DNA from: a virus
Lineage: Duplodnaviria; Caudoviricetes
Virus record (IMG/VR): IMGVR_UViG_3300017912_001009
Location: 25,816-89,815 of that record
DNA length: 64,000 nt
Direction: 5' to 3' (one strand)
Below, one piece after another: positions 1 through 9,022 of the stretch (position 1 is the stretch's first letter; each line of letters starts with the position of its first letter). The notes below the pieces were generated by a model that worked only from the letters and a program-made list of their open reading frames with translations, was not told the DNA's origin and searched no databases. Position numbers and translations under genes: made by a program.

Positions 1-215
1 CCGCCCCAAAGAGAACTGAGTACATGCCATCCAACTTCATACAAATTGATTCCCCAAAGAGAGATGGCATGACCTACGAAGAAACTTGCAATAGATGCGA
101 ATGTTCCCCAAAGCCAAAACCTCGCTCTTAGAAACCACACATCAGCAGAGTGCGCTCTTTGTAAGTCATAGGCTAGAGTAGATTCATCCATTCCAAATAG
201 GATTTCACTTACCAT
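1..215 (-). CDS. Small predicted membrane protein, truncated at window start
   Basis: Manual translation from ATG at 215: MVSEILFGMDESTLAYDLQRAHSADVWFLRARFWLWGTFASIASFFVGHAISLWGINLYEVGWHVLSSLWG; hydrophobic C-terminal half; same strand as neighbours. Confidence 0.6.
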   Translation of the reverse strand, partial: MVSEILFGMDESTLAYDLQRAHSADVWFLRARFWLWGTFASIASFFVGHAISLWGINLYEVGWHVLSSLWG

Positions 216-220
216 CTAAA

Positions 221-649
221 TCACTCATTGAAACCTGTTAGGAAGGTAGGACTGACCGTTTGCACTTCCTGTGATGGCTGCATCACTGGAAGGTTTTGGT
301 CTCCGTATACTGTTGGTGTTGTACCAAACTGCTGTTGGAAGCCTCTGAATGACTCCCTAACTCTCTTACGGTTCTCCTCATCTCTTGCCTTTCTGTTCCA
401 ATAAGCGTTGATTTGTCGCTGAAGTAGAAAGTCCTCTATGTAGTCATTAATCATCAAATCGAACAATGCTTTCAATATGACAATGCCACCTACTGTGAGG
501 ACACCGAATATCATAGCCACTGGATAAGGGCCATAGGCATTTACGAATGTAGAACCGTATTGTGAGAAGAAGTACACATTGACTCCACTAACTGCTCCAA
601 CAAAAAGAACAGTCATTATTAGTCTAGTATCTGTATCTATGCTTGGCAT
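221..649 (-). CDS. Membrane protein with two N-terminal TM helices and a charged/Q-rich tail
   Basis: ORF track; start moved to ATG 649 behind AGGTGA RBS; hydrophobic segments LIMTVLFVGAVSGVNVYFF and PVAMIFGVLTVGGIVIL. Confidence 0.65.
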   Translation of the reverse strand: MPSIDTDTRLIMTVLFVGAVSGVNVYFFSQYGSTFVNAYGPYPVAMIFGVLTVGGIVILKALFDLMINDYIEDFLLQRQINAYWNRKARDEENRKRVRESFRGFQQQFGTTPTVYGDQNLPVMQPSQEVQTVSPTFLTGFNE

Positions 650-659
650 ATTAATCACC

Positions 660-956
660 TCAAGCAAAGTTCACAGAGACAGTTCCTGTGCCAGTAATCT
701 GAACATATATTCCGTTGGCTACAAGAACGCCATGTAGGTCTTGCTCAATGGTTTGAGCAGTGCCTCCTGCATGTAGAACTATTCGGGCAACCTCCTTCTT
801 GCCTGATGTTGTAGAGTTGTCACTGTCCCATATCTTGACAGTCATTAGAGCGTTAGCCGTTGATGTGGCATGAACGCTCATTATCTTAGCATGATGCTTT
901 ACTGCTACTGTGCTAGTAGAAAGAACTCCTGTGCTGTTGCAGGTGGGAGTTGACAT
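660..956 (-). CDS. Small beta-rich putative virion protein
   Basis: T/S/V/G-rich beta-strand pattern; in the operon downstream of MCP. Confidence 0.45.
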   Translation of the reverse strand: MSTPTCNSTGVLSTSTVAVKHHAKIMSVHATSTANALMTVKIWDSDNSTTSGKKEVARIVLHAGGTAQTIEQDLHGVLVANGIYVQITGTGTVSVNFA

Positions 957-1420
957 CACTCTGCCCCCGACATTCTCTCCACTAGGTCGGCTTTCTTGCC
1001 ATCAGTAGATAGTCCCTTTTCCTCAAGCATTTCTTTTAGTTGCTTCACTGTATATTTTGAGTAGTCAACAGCCTCTTCTTCAACCTCTTCAGGCTCTTCT
1101 TCTACGGGAGTCTCCTTAATCAGATTTGGAATGAAAGACTTCTTCTCAGAGGGGAATAGTGCAGTCCTTACTGCCTTTGCATCTCCCTCAAGGTTGAACT
1201 CTTTTTTGAGTAGGTTTAGGAGATACTCGTTGAGTCCGAGTATATCACCTGAGTCTGTTGAATCTAACTCAACAGTTAATCCGCTATCTCCTAGCATTCC
1301 TATTGCTATTCCTAACGGAACTTTTGTTTCTTCTTGCGCTGTTAATGCGTATGTTTGACCGCCTCTTCTCAAGATGAGAGGGCCAGTCGGTCTATGTCTA
1401 ACTAACTTTACTTTTGCCAT
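956..1420 (-). CDS. SAP/HeH-domain protein downstream of MCP
   Basis: C-terminal YSKYTVKQLKEMLEEKGLSTDGKKADLVERM matches the SAP domain pattern, preceded by an acidic linker. Confidence 0.75.
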   Translation of the reverse strand: MAKVKLVRHRPTGPLILRRGGQTYALTAQEETKVPLGIAIGMLGDSGLTVELDSTDSGDILGLNEYLLNLLKKEFNLEGDAKAVRTALFPSEKKSFIPNLIKETPVEEEPEEVEEEAVDYSKYTVKQLKEMLEEKGLSTDGKKADLVERMSGAE

Positions 1421-1444
1421 AATAACACCTTATTTTTTTTGTTG

Positions 1445-1482
1445 GTAGTAACCCCTGCCCTGTTACGGGCAGAGGCTACTAC
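1445..1482 (-). terminator. 16-bp RNA hairpin after the MCP/minor capsid genes (mRNA stabiliser or terminator)
   Basis: Minus strand GTAGTAGCCTCTGCCC-GTAACA-GGGCAGGGGTTACTAC pairs fully with two G-U pairs only on the minus strand; followed by an A-run, not a U-run. Confidence 0.6.
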
Positions 1483-1510
1483 TTTACGTTATCACTTAAT
1501 CATTGTTATT

Positions 1511-1846
1511 TCAAAGATTACCATAGACACGGACTCTCACCATGCCTTCATCCCCTGTACCTGATTGTTGTGCAGAACCAGTAGACAGGATAAGTTTGGC
1601 ACTTGTTCCTGACTCGTATGCCCCTGCTGTACTGATGACGGCTCTTGCACTGTGTCCAATCTCCTCTACACCTGTTACTAGAACGCAGTGTAGGGAAGAC
1701 AGACCCAATTCAGCAGCAGTCAGAGTTATTCCACCCTGAACGTATGCAGTTATGTTGACTATTGCATCAACCACATACTCGTCACCTGCAACCTTTGGGG
1801 CAGTTACGCCCTTATGGTCAGCAACTAGAGTAACTGTGTGTGCCAA
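1511..1846 (-). CDS. Putative capsid decoration/minor capsid protein
   Basis: 111 aa, beta-rich, immediately downstream of MCP with AGGTGA RBS; call is positional. Confidence 0.5.
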   Translation of the reverse strand: MAHTVTLVADHKGVTAPKVAGDEYVVDAIVNITAYVQGGITLTAAELGLSSLHCVLVTGVEEIGHSARAVISTAGAYESGTSAKLILSTGSAQQSGTGDEGMVRVRVYGNL

Positions 1847-1857
1847 CTCTAATCACC

Positions 1858-3219
1858 TCAAGCACTCTTGATGTTGGTTATCTTTCCTTGTCCCTTGAAG
1901 AACGAACATCCGGTTTCACCCATCGTTCGGTACATTCCTTGGTTCCCAAGTTTGCCAACACCGAATGGGTTTCCGCTAGTGATACCATCCTCAAAGTATT
2001 GAGTAGGCTTCATCACCGATAGCCACAGATGGTCTGTGTCTAGGATGAGTATGTCACTCAACTCGTTGGTTGTGTTGCTACCAGTAGATGGCATGTCCTT
2101 GGTTGGGATAATTGGGATGTCGTAGTATGTTGCAACTCTGAATCCAACTTCCTGTCCCTTAACTCCACGAACTCCGTTGTGGGTTGGAACAATCTCCTTC
2201 CTGTCCATGAACCTCTCTTGGCTTTGTAGCAAGTCAGCAAGGTGCTGAACAGTGTCGTAGCCAGTCAAGATAACTTTCGGGTTTCCGCCGTTCTGCCTGA
2301 TTCTCCTAATCATGTCGTTAAGCATGGTTAGAGTTAGAACTCTAGCATCGCCAGCAGCATATCCTGCACCGAAGTCAACCTCTGCATCCAAGAAGGAAGC
2401 AGTTCCAGTTGCAGCGTTGCTGCTGACGGAAACAGTTCGGGAAGTACCGAATAGTCTTACTACATCAGCGACTACTGCGGAGTTGTCTCCGTTGTTAGCA
2501 CCAGTGTCCAATAGGTTTGCGTTATACATAGCAGCAATCTCACCAGCAGAGGAAACTATCTTCATTAGAGATGTGTAGTTTCGCTCGATGGTTGTTGCAG
2601 TTCCGTCATCATACCTCTCAAGAGGCATAACTAGCATCTTGCTCTGAGTCTCTGCGTGTAGTTTACCCATGTCCTCTCTAACGATTGCACGAATGTCACC
2701 AACACCGTCATCAATAGCAGCAAGTTCCATACCAAGTTCCGAGAACTCAAACAAGTGAGCAATCGTCTTTGGACTGACGTATAGTTTCTCATACTGAGGT
2801 GCAATTGGTGGGATATCGTTTCCAGTTCCTAGAGTTGCGTTCTCACCAACACCACCAATCTTGTCTGCTCTTGGTGTGTCTGAACCTTCAGCACCAGTTC
2901 CGATTCCGAATGCAGAACCTGAGCCACCCTGCGCTCTGCTCTTTAGGACTCTCCATCCACTGGATGTGTAGGGTCTCTTTGCAAGCATAGCAAGAGGGTT
3001 AACCTCTTGGTTTAGCATAGACCATACTTTCTGTCCGTAGAGAACGTTGTATAGGTCTCCCAATCCACTAGCAGCAGAAAACGGGTTGCTTGCTGCATCG
3101 TGGGGCGTTCCGAAACCACCGACAACACCAGCAGCCTTTAGCAGAGCATTGCCCTGTGCGCCAGCATAGCCGTAGGTGGCTGCTTCTAAGTCTTTTACTG
3201 TGTTAATATATCCACTCAT
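1858..3219 (-). CDS. Major capsid protein (HK97 fold)
   Basis: 453 aa directly after protease/scaffold; GGNPKVILTGYDTVQHLADLL...YYDIPIIPTKDMP and C-terminal YRTMGETGC segments typical of HK97-type MCPs. Confidence 0.88.
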   Translation of the reverse strand: MSGYINTVKDLEAATYGYAGAQGNALLKAAGVVGGFGTPHDAASNPFSAASGLGDLYNVLYGQKVWSMLNQEVNPLAMLAKRPYTSSGWRVLKSRAQGGSGSAFGIGTGAEGSDTPRADKIGGVGENATLGTGNDIPPIAPQYEKLYVSPKTIAHLFEFSELGMELAAIDDGVGDIRAIVREDMGKLHAETQSKMLVMPLERYDDGTATTIERNYTSLMKIVSSAGEIAAMYNANLLDTGANNGDNSAVVADVVRLFGTSRTVSVSSNAATGTASFLDAEVDFGAGYAAGDARVLTLTMLNDMIRRIRQNGGNPKVILTGYDTVQHLADLLQSQERFMDRKEIVPTHNGVRGVKGQEVGFRVATYYDIPIIPTKDMPSTGSNTTNELSDILILDTDHLWLSVMKPTQYFEDGITSGNPFGVGKLGNQGMYRTMGETGCSFFKGQGKITNIKSA

Positions 3220-3220
3220 T

Positions 3221-4462
3221 TTAGTTCACCTTCCTTGCGAGGTTGTGTATGTCTCCCCATGACATCTCAGCAACTGCATCAGCAGTTGTTGGGAATCCTT
3301 CAGGTAGAGAGAAAGCGACTTCTGTTGCTTTCCTTATCTCATCATCCTTTGCAGTAAGGGACTTGCGTAGTTCTGCAAACTCCTCTTTGAGAGCGGCTAC
3401 TTCTGACGAAGCATCGTACTCTGCTCTCTCTGCGGCTGATTTCTTGACTTCAAGTTCAGCAGCGAATCTCTCAGCAAATTGCTTCGATAGGTTATCGTAA
3501 GCCATTGCCTCTAGTTGCTCTGCCTTGTAAGCCTCGTAAGCCTTCTCTACGTTCTCGGCACTAAGGTCGAGAGTTGTGAAGTCAGAACCCTCAAGACCCT
3601 TAGAGACTGATAGAGCAGCAGGTGCTGCAACTGGCTTTCCGTTTACTACAACGTTCTCGCCAGCCTCATAGTCTCTAGTTGAGTCTTCATCAAGAGCCTT
3701 CTCTTCCATATCCATGCTCTCAACTTCGTCTTCCTTCATAGACATTTTATCTTCATCCATGTCCATGCTCTCAACCTCTTCTTTTTCGGTCATCATTTTT
3801 GCATCTTCTTTCATTTCCATTGTTTCCAATTCATCTTCTTTTGCGACTGTTTCACCAGTGACTTCACGAACCTGCGTTAACAGACCGTTGAGTTCTTCCA
3901 ATGCTTTCGTCAATTTTTCCGTCATTTCTTTACCTCCTTTCGCTTTCAAAATGTCGAATTTCGCTTCAGGGTTTATTCCTTTTTCACATATAGTAACTTC
4001 ATGCAACTCCAAGTTGTCAATCTCGTTGTATTCCCCGTATTCCTCCGATTTTCTTTCTCTCTTTGATATCGCTTGTCCACCGATACTGAAGGAACGTAGT
4101 GTGCCTTTTCTGATTCCTCTGTTTATTTCCTTTGCCTTCTCTATGTCATCTCTCATCTTGATAACTACATAGAATCCGACACCATCTACACCTGTCTTGT
4201 GTAATGTACCATTGGAATCACGGTATTGCTCTATCACCTCTCCTACCTGAACGTTGGAATGATTTGACATGACGTTTCTGTAAGACTTCTCACTCATGAA
4301 ATCTTTAACGGCTTTTTCTAATGCTTCTAGTGTAATCAAGTCATTCTGCTTATCTACTATTTCGATGGATGCATATCCTCCGATTACTAGATTATCTGAC
4401 TTGAGAATAGTGAAATCACTAGAACTCTCTTGTCTAATCAATACCTCCTGTTCAGCAAACAC
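3221..4462 (-). CDS. Prohead protease (HK97/XkdF-like) fused to scaffold domain
   Basis: IGGYASIEIVDKQND, NHS (His), RSFSIGG (Ser), LHEVTICEKGINPEA; acidic coiled-coil C-terminus; adjacent to MCP. Confidence 0.88.
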   Translation of the reverse strand: MFAEQEVLIRQESSSDFTILKSDNLVIGGYASIEIVDKQNDLITLEALEKAVKDFMSEKSYRNVMSNHSNVQVGEVIEQYRDSNGTLHKTGVDGVGFYVVIKMRDDIEKAKEINRGIRKGTLRSFSIGGQAISKRERKSEEYGEYNEIDNLELHEVTICEKGINPEAKFDILKAKGGKEMTEKLTKALEELNGLLTQVREVTGETVAKEDELETMEMKEDAKMMTEKEEVESMDMDEDKMSMKEDEVESMDMEEKALDEDSTRDYEAGENVVVNGKPVAAPAALSVSKGLEGSDFTTLDLSAENVEKAYEAYKAEQLEAMAYDNLSKQFAERFAAELEVKKSAAERAEYDASSEVAALKEEFAELRKSLTAKDDEIRKATEVAFSLPEGFPTTADAVAEMSWGDIHNLARKVN

Positions 4463-4483
4463 TCACAGCACCTATTCCTTTTA

Positions 4484-4492
4484 CTATAAGAA
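4484..4492 (-). promoter_or_regulatory. TATA-like box upstream of the protease-MCP operon
   Basis: Minus strand CTTATAGTAAAA about 28 nt upstream of the GTG at 4462, consistent with archaeal TATA spacing. Confidence 0.35.
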
Positions 4493-4500
4493 GTAGGCGG

Positions 4501-7065
4501 TTATTCAGGTAGTTCTAAATTGCTAAACTTGTCCTTTGTAATATCGATGATACCTTCATCAGAAGAATCTTCTAACATGTCTTGCTTCTTACCAGTAAAG
4601 ACAATCCAAGACTTCTTTTCATCCAAAGGCACAACTCTGAAATGTATTCTAGTTTGGAACTTGTCTCCTTCCATTCTATATTCGTGATAGCCATCTCTTT
4701 GAACACCGAAGATAAGTTGACCACTATCTATTATCTTTGAACTGTCTATCTTCTCTGACACCTTTGCAGGATACTTACCTGACTTACCAAACAAGTCAAA
4801 GATGTCTTCAGGCTTCTCTATGTCAATTAACCAAGCCATTCTATTCTTATCTGTCTCAATCACAAAATCTAGATTACCATCTTCACGCTGTCTGACTTCA
4901 AACTCCCCTGCCAGTTCTTCATCCTCATCTTTTTCTATACTCTCAGGAGATATATCGAACTTGTTAGGAGAAAGGAAAACAAAAGCGTCTTGATTCTTCA
5001 TCCAAGATAGTAGATTCTTTGGTTTACCTTCAAAGATTTCATCATAAGCATCCTCTTCCGTAGCCCTAAGTTTCTCCTCTAGGTCATCAAACTCCATTGC
5101 TTTTTGATTCTCTTCTATTATCTTTCTAATCGCAACTCTGAGTTTGGACTTCCTTGACTTCATTAGTTTCTCTAGTTGTCCCTTCCACTCATCCATATTG
5201 TAGAGAGCATTCTTTTGCATTAGTGAATCGCCATCGAAACCATAGATTGTGAATCCCTCTAGTTCATGCTTGCAGATTATCTCTGCTTCACCATGAACAT
5301 AGTCTGTGACAAGATACTTTCTTATCTTCTTCTTGTTCTTTTTTTCTCTCTGTAATTCTGCAATGACAGTCAGGGGGTTTGCTAAGTCTGATGGTTTGAG
5401 GAAGGGATGCCTTGGCACTAGGGCTTTCTTCGTCTTAGTGGCTAGTTGCTCTAATGTCTCCAACTTATCTGACTCCTCTACTTCAGGCAACTCTATGACC
5501 TTAGCAGAGTAGAGGCTGAATCCCTTACCCTTCTTAGTAACCTCATCAACCTTGACACGAATGATATCTCCGATGTCAACCTCTACTTTGGTATTCAATG
5601 CCTTACCAACAGGGAGGTAGTTCTTATCATCAAGTTCAATTGTCTTCATCTCTCTTGTTTGTTCGGCAGTCAATGGGCCTATGCCCATAGTGTATGAATG
5701 CAAACCGCTTTTGGTCTTCTTGTCCTCTAGAACTATAACATCCAAGTCTACGAACTTCTTCCACTTAATCCACTTAGGGTTCTTCTTCCTGCCCATGTAG
5801 TATGTGGATTCAATGTCCTTGACAACAACTCCCTCTGAGGTTGGCATCTCCATTATCTTCTCTGCATACTCCCCAACTTCCTCCATAGAATCAGCGATTC
5901 TTGTATCCTTCTTGGAAGGGAAAGCCAACTCTTCAGAGGAATGCTGAGAGTATTGGTAGAACATTATGTTGATTCTTTCCCTCAGTGGTTCATCCATCAA
6001 GTCCTTCCCCTCATGCTTCATGACATCAAAGACATGCGCTCTGAGTTTCGTATCAGGTATTTTCTTCTTGAAGATGTGAGTTATCACACTTGCTCGATGA
6101 AGGGCATCCTTTCCTTGGAATAGGAGAAGTTCACCATCCAGTATGCAATCACCTATTCCTTTCTTCTCCATTCTTTCTACAATCTCAGGACACTTATCGG
6201 TAATATCCTTCTGATTGTAAGAGTATATCTTGATGTTATCCCCTGTCTTGTGAATCTGTATTCTCATTCCATCATACTTCTCTTGAACGACAAACTCCCC
6301 ACTCAATCCCTTGATGTCCTTCATGTCATCGAGTTCAAATATTCGATACATCGGCTTGTTCGGTATGATGAAATCTATCTCCTCTTTCTGCTCTTCTGAC
6401 TTGGCAATGTCAATCTCCTTCAGAGATTCCCATTTGTCCTCCGAGTAACTCTCATCGTATACTTCCTCTAGTAATTGCAGTGCTTCCTTGAACTTTCCTT
6501 GCACTCTCCTAGAGTCCTTATCATCACCGTAATGCTCGATGATATAGAGAGGTATGTCCTTCTCCTCTAAATCCAAACCCATGTATCCCTGTGTTATCTC
6601 ATCAGGTTTGAGTTTCGCCTCCTCCCATGCTTTCTTAGGCACAGGATTAGAATGGCTTCTCAATGCATAATGAACGAAGGCTGCAAATGTCGCCTTGTCA
6701 TCTAGTAGAACATCAAGAACCTTATCGCCTAGTTGCTCAGAGAATGGGTCTGCTGCTCCCTTTGATTCAAATCGCATTTTCTTTACGTCTTCGTACACCC
6801 TTCTTGCAAGAAGACTCTCTGCATCGAACACCTTGTCATCGAAGAGTTCCTTCTCTGTGATATGCTCTTTCAGTTGAGATGCAAACTCGCCTAGACCATC
6901 GTACTCTTCACGGATGGACTTGACGGTTTCCTTCCACTTCTTACCGTATTCCTTCGGGTTCTCCTTTGCAGATAGGTATGCATAACGCACCCTCTCAAAG
7001 AAATCTAGAACTCTTTTTGATAGAGCCTTAGTTTCCTTCTCAAAGGATACGCCTGATGTTGTCAT
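4501..7065 (-). CDS. lig: Head-module ATP-dependent DNA ligase with N-terminal extension and C-terminal degenerate LigD 3'-phosphoesterase-like domain
   Basis: Motifs QEKYDGMRIQIHK (I), ILDGEL (III), HVFDVM (IIIa), EGVVVK (IV), WIKWK (V), then OB fold; C-terminus FEVRQ..NLDFVIE..RMAWLI..IIDSG resembles PE domain. Confidence 0.85.
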   Translation of the reverse strand: MTTSGVSFEKETKALSKRVLDFFERVRYAYLSAKENPKEYGKKWKETVKSIREEYDGLGEFASQLKEHITEKELFDDKVFDAESLLARRVYEDVKKMRFESKGAADPFSEQLGDKVLDVLLDDKATFAAFVHYALRSHSNPVPKKAWEEAKLKPDEITQGYMGLDLEEKDIPLYIIEHYGDDKDSRRVQGKFKEALQLLEEVYDESYSEDKWESLKEIDIAKSEEQKEEIDFIIPNKPMYRIFELDDMKDIKGLSGEFVVQEKYDGMRIQIHKTGDNIKIYSYNQKDITDKCPEIVERMEKKGIGDCILDGELLLFQGKDALHRASVITHIFKKKIPDTKLRAHVFDVMKHEGKDLMDEPLRERINIMFYQYSQHSSEELAFPSKKDTRIADSMEEVGEYAEKIMEMPTSEGVVVKDIESTYYMGRKKNPKWIKWKKFVDLDVIVLEDKKTKSGLHSYTMGIGPLTAEQTREMKTIELDDKNYLPVGKALNTKVEVDIGDIIRVKVDEVTKKGKGFSLYSAKVIELPEVEESDKLETLEQLATKTKKALVPRHPFLKPSDLANPLTVIAELQREKKNKKKIRKYLVTDYVHGEAEIICKHELEGFTIYGFDGDSLMQKNALYNMDEWKGQLEKLMKSRKSKLRVAIRKIIEENQKAMEFDDLEEKLRATEEDAYDEIFEGKPKNLLSWMKNQDAFVFLSPNKFDISPESIEKDEDEELAGEFEVRQREDGNLDFVIETDKNRMAWLIDIEKPEDIFDLFGKSGKYPAKVSEKIDSSKIIDSGQLIFGVQRDGYHEYRMEGDKFQTRIHFRVVPLDEKKSWIVFTGKKQDMLEDSSDEGIIDITKDKFSNLELPE

Positions 7066-7071
7066 CCACCA

Positions 7072-7557
7072 TCAAAACCTTCGTGCCATAGGGGGTCTCT
7101 CAATATCTTTAGAGGGCAGTCCACTTGCTGTTAACGCATTGATTTTCTCAAGTTCTCTTGCTATGTTAGCAGAGATTCTCTTTGCCTCCGACCCTTCTTT
7201 TCCTCTGAGTGCGTCTGCTAATTCACTGAGGTTCTTATAGGATGCATTCAACTCCCCGCTCATCATATCTCTTGATTCTTGCTCTGCCATCACTTTTAGC
7301 ACGTTATCAACAGCAGCCAAAATGGATTTCTTCATAGTTCCATCATTGGTCTTATCCTCCTTGCCATCGATGTTGCTCAATTGAGGCATCTTCTCCTCAG
7401 AAGGATTCTTCTTGGGTTTCTTGACTTTTATCTCCTCTCCCATGACATCCTCATCAAGTTTCAATCTTCCAAGATGTCCTGCCTCTTGTAGAATTTCTTT
7501 GGCTTTCAGTATTGCTAGTTCAACTATTTTCTCTTCTTTCGTAACTCTCTCAGGCAT
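7072..7557 (-). CDS. Hypothetical head-module protein
   Basis: ORF track; charged and helical; contains ILKA and MKKS motifs. Confidence 0.6.
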   Translation of the reverse strand: MPERVTKEEKIVELAILKAKEILQEAGHLGRLKLDEDVMGEEIKVKKPKKNPSEEKMPQLSNIDGKEDKTNDGTMKKSILAAVDNVLKVMAEQESRDMMSGELNASYKNLSELADALRGKEGSEAKRISANIARELEKINALTASGLPSKDIERPPMARRF

Positions 7558-7562
7558 TCATC

Positions 7563-7787
7563 TCACCCCATTTTCTCCGTCATCTTGCGAATCTCATCCC
7601 AAGACATTTGACCACCATCAGGGACTTGTGTATTGCCCATTGCTGGTGTTGGAGTCTCACGAACAACGAAACCTGACTTCATCAGTATGTTGTCCTTGTT
7701 GTATACTGCTTGTTCCAAGGCGTTGACCTTGTTCACAAGTTCTTTCATTAATAGTAACATTTCATCTTTTTCTTCTTTTTTGCTCAT
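7563..7787 (-). CDS. Small coiled-coil protein ending in scaffold-like motif MSWDEIRKMTEKMG
   Basis: C-terminus resembles the protease-scaffold C-terminus MSWGDIHNLARKVN. Confidence 0.6.
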   Translation of the reverse strand: MSKKEEKDEMLLLMKELVNKVNALEQAVYNKDNILMKSGFVVRETPTPAMGNTQVPDGGQMSWDEIRKMTEKMG

Positions 7788-8260
7788 ACTTTTCCTTCTC
7801 CTTTTAATTTGAATACAAGTAAACCATCGTCTGCGAATATTGCTGCGTAGCCCATACCACCATATAGTTCCCTTGCCATTTCTTGTGCCTTCTTTTCTGT
7901 CATTTTCAAGTCAGTAAGTTTGACATCTGCATAATCCTCTTTCTTCTTACCTGCTTCTCTTATGATTGGGTCTATCTTTTCTCTGAATAGGTCAACGTAC
8001 TCATCCCTCGATAAATCATCATTAGCGTTATCCTTGAACTCTGACTCTCTAGGATTCCTTATTGGAGGTGCTTTCCTAATTGGTGCATCTAGGTATATTT
8101 TACTCATCTCCCTAGATTTCTTATTTCTAGCCCTAATCTGTGCTAGTAAGTCTGCCTCTTTATCCTCAGTCCTCTTAGCCGCTTCTTCGTCTTGTCCGGT
8201 AGAGGCTGTCGTTGTGACTCTTGCCATCTCATCTGACTTCAATGTATCAAACCAACTCAT
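7784..8260 (-). CDS. Tagged hypothetical protein (MSWFDTLK)
   Basis: ATG 8260 behind AGGTGA RBS. Confidence 0.65.
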   Translation of the reverse strand: MSWFDTLKSDEMARVTTTASTGQDEEAAKRTEDKEADLLAQIRARNKKSREMSKIYLDAPIRKAPPIRNPRESEFKDNANDDLSRDEYVDLFREKIDPIIREAGKKKEDYADVKLTDLKMTEKKAQEMARELYGGMGYAAIFADDGLLVFKLKGEGKV

Positions 8261-8265
8261 TTCAA

Positions 8266-8604
8266 TCACCTTGGTCTATTGCCTATTTTACCGCCTAGAA
8301 TTGTTTTGCCTTTGACTTTATTTAACAAAAGAGAAACAATACCTAATTTATCAGCCAACTCGTCTATCTTTTGTGTTTTCATATCACTAAGGGTATCATA
8401 TAATTCGTCTAATGATTCATCTTGACTTGCTGTAGATAAAATTCGTAGGGGTTTCATAGCAAGTGCAAGTTCATCTCTAAGATTAATCATCGCGCTTTCT
8501 CTTCTATCGTCATCTTGAAACTCCATTTGTAATCTAGTTTCTTCATCACTTGCGCTTTGAGGGATATACCCCTCTCCGTATTTCACTATATCTTCCCAAC
8601 TCAT
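8266..8604 (-). CDS. Tagged hypothetical protein (MSWEDIVK)
   Basis: ORF track; AGGTGA RBS. Confidence 0.65.
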   Translation of the reverse strand: MSWEDIVKYGEGYIPQSASDEETRLQMEFQDDDRRESAMINLRDELALAMKPLRILSTASQDESLDELYDTLSDMKTQKIDELADKLGIVSLLLNKVKGKTILGGKIGNRPR

Positions 8605-8675
8605 TCTAAATCACCTAACATTGGAAGGCTCATACCCTTATGCCACTCTACATCTTCAACGATTCTAAGTTTCAT
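8601..8675 (-). CDS. 24-aa micro-ORF MKLRIVEDVEWHKGMSLPMLGDLE
   Basis: Fills the gap exactly with ATGA overlaps at both ends and a purine-rich RBS. Confidence 0.4.
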   Translation of the reverse strand: MKLRIVEDVEWHKGMSLPMLGDLE

Positions 8676-9001
8676 TCCTTCTCCTCCTTGTCACCCTTTG
8701 GGTATGCTACGCTCCTGATTTGGTCATAAAGCGTTTGATAGTCTTTGCGAAGTTCAGCAGCACTTGCGAGTATGTCTAGGTTCTTCTCACGGAAGGACTT
8801 CATCTTCTTGGTGAGCAATTTATCTGTCTTGACTAAATCGAGGTCTTCCATCTCTTTGATGACTTCCTCTAACTTCGTCATTTCCTGTCCCATGTACTCA
8901 GTTGGTTGAGTTGACTGAAGAAGTTTCTTTATCTTCTTCTTCTGTTTTGGCTCTAGTTTCTCTAGAAACTCGGAGGCTTTCAGTATCTCCTGCCATGTCA
9001 T
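8672..9001 (-). CDS. Tagged coiled-coil protein (MTWQEILK)
   Basis: ORF track; GGAGG RBS. Confidence 0.65.
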   Translation of the reverse strand: MTWQEILKASEFLEKLEPKQKKKIKKLLQSTQPTEYMGQEMTKLEEVIKEMEDLDLVKTDKLLTKKMKSFREKNLDILASAAELRKDYQTLYDQIRSVAYPKGDKEEKE

Positions 9002-9022
9002 GTAGTTGCCTCCTGTGTATGC

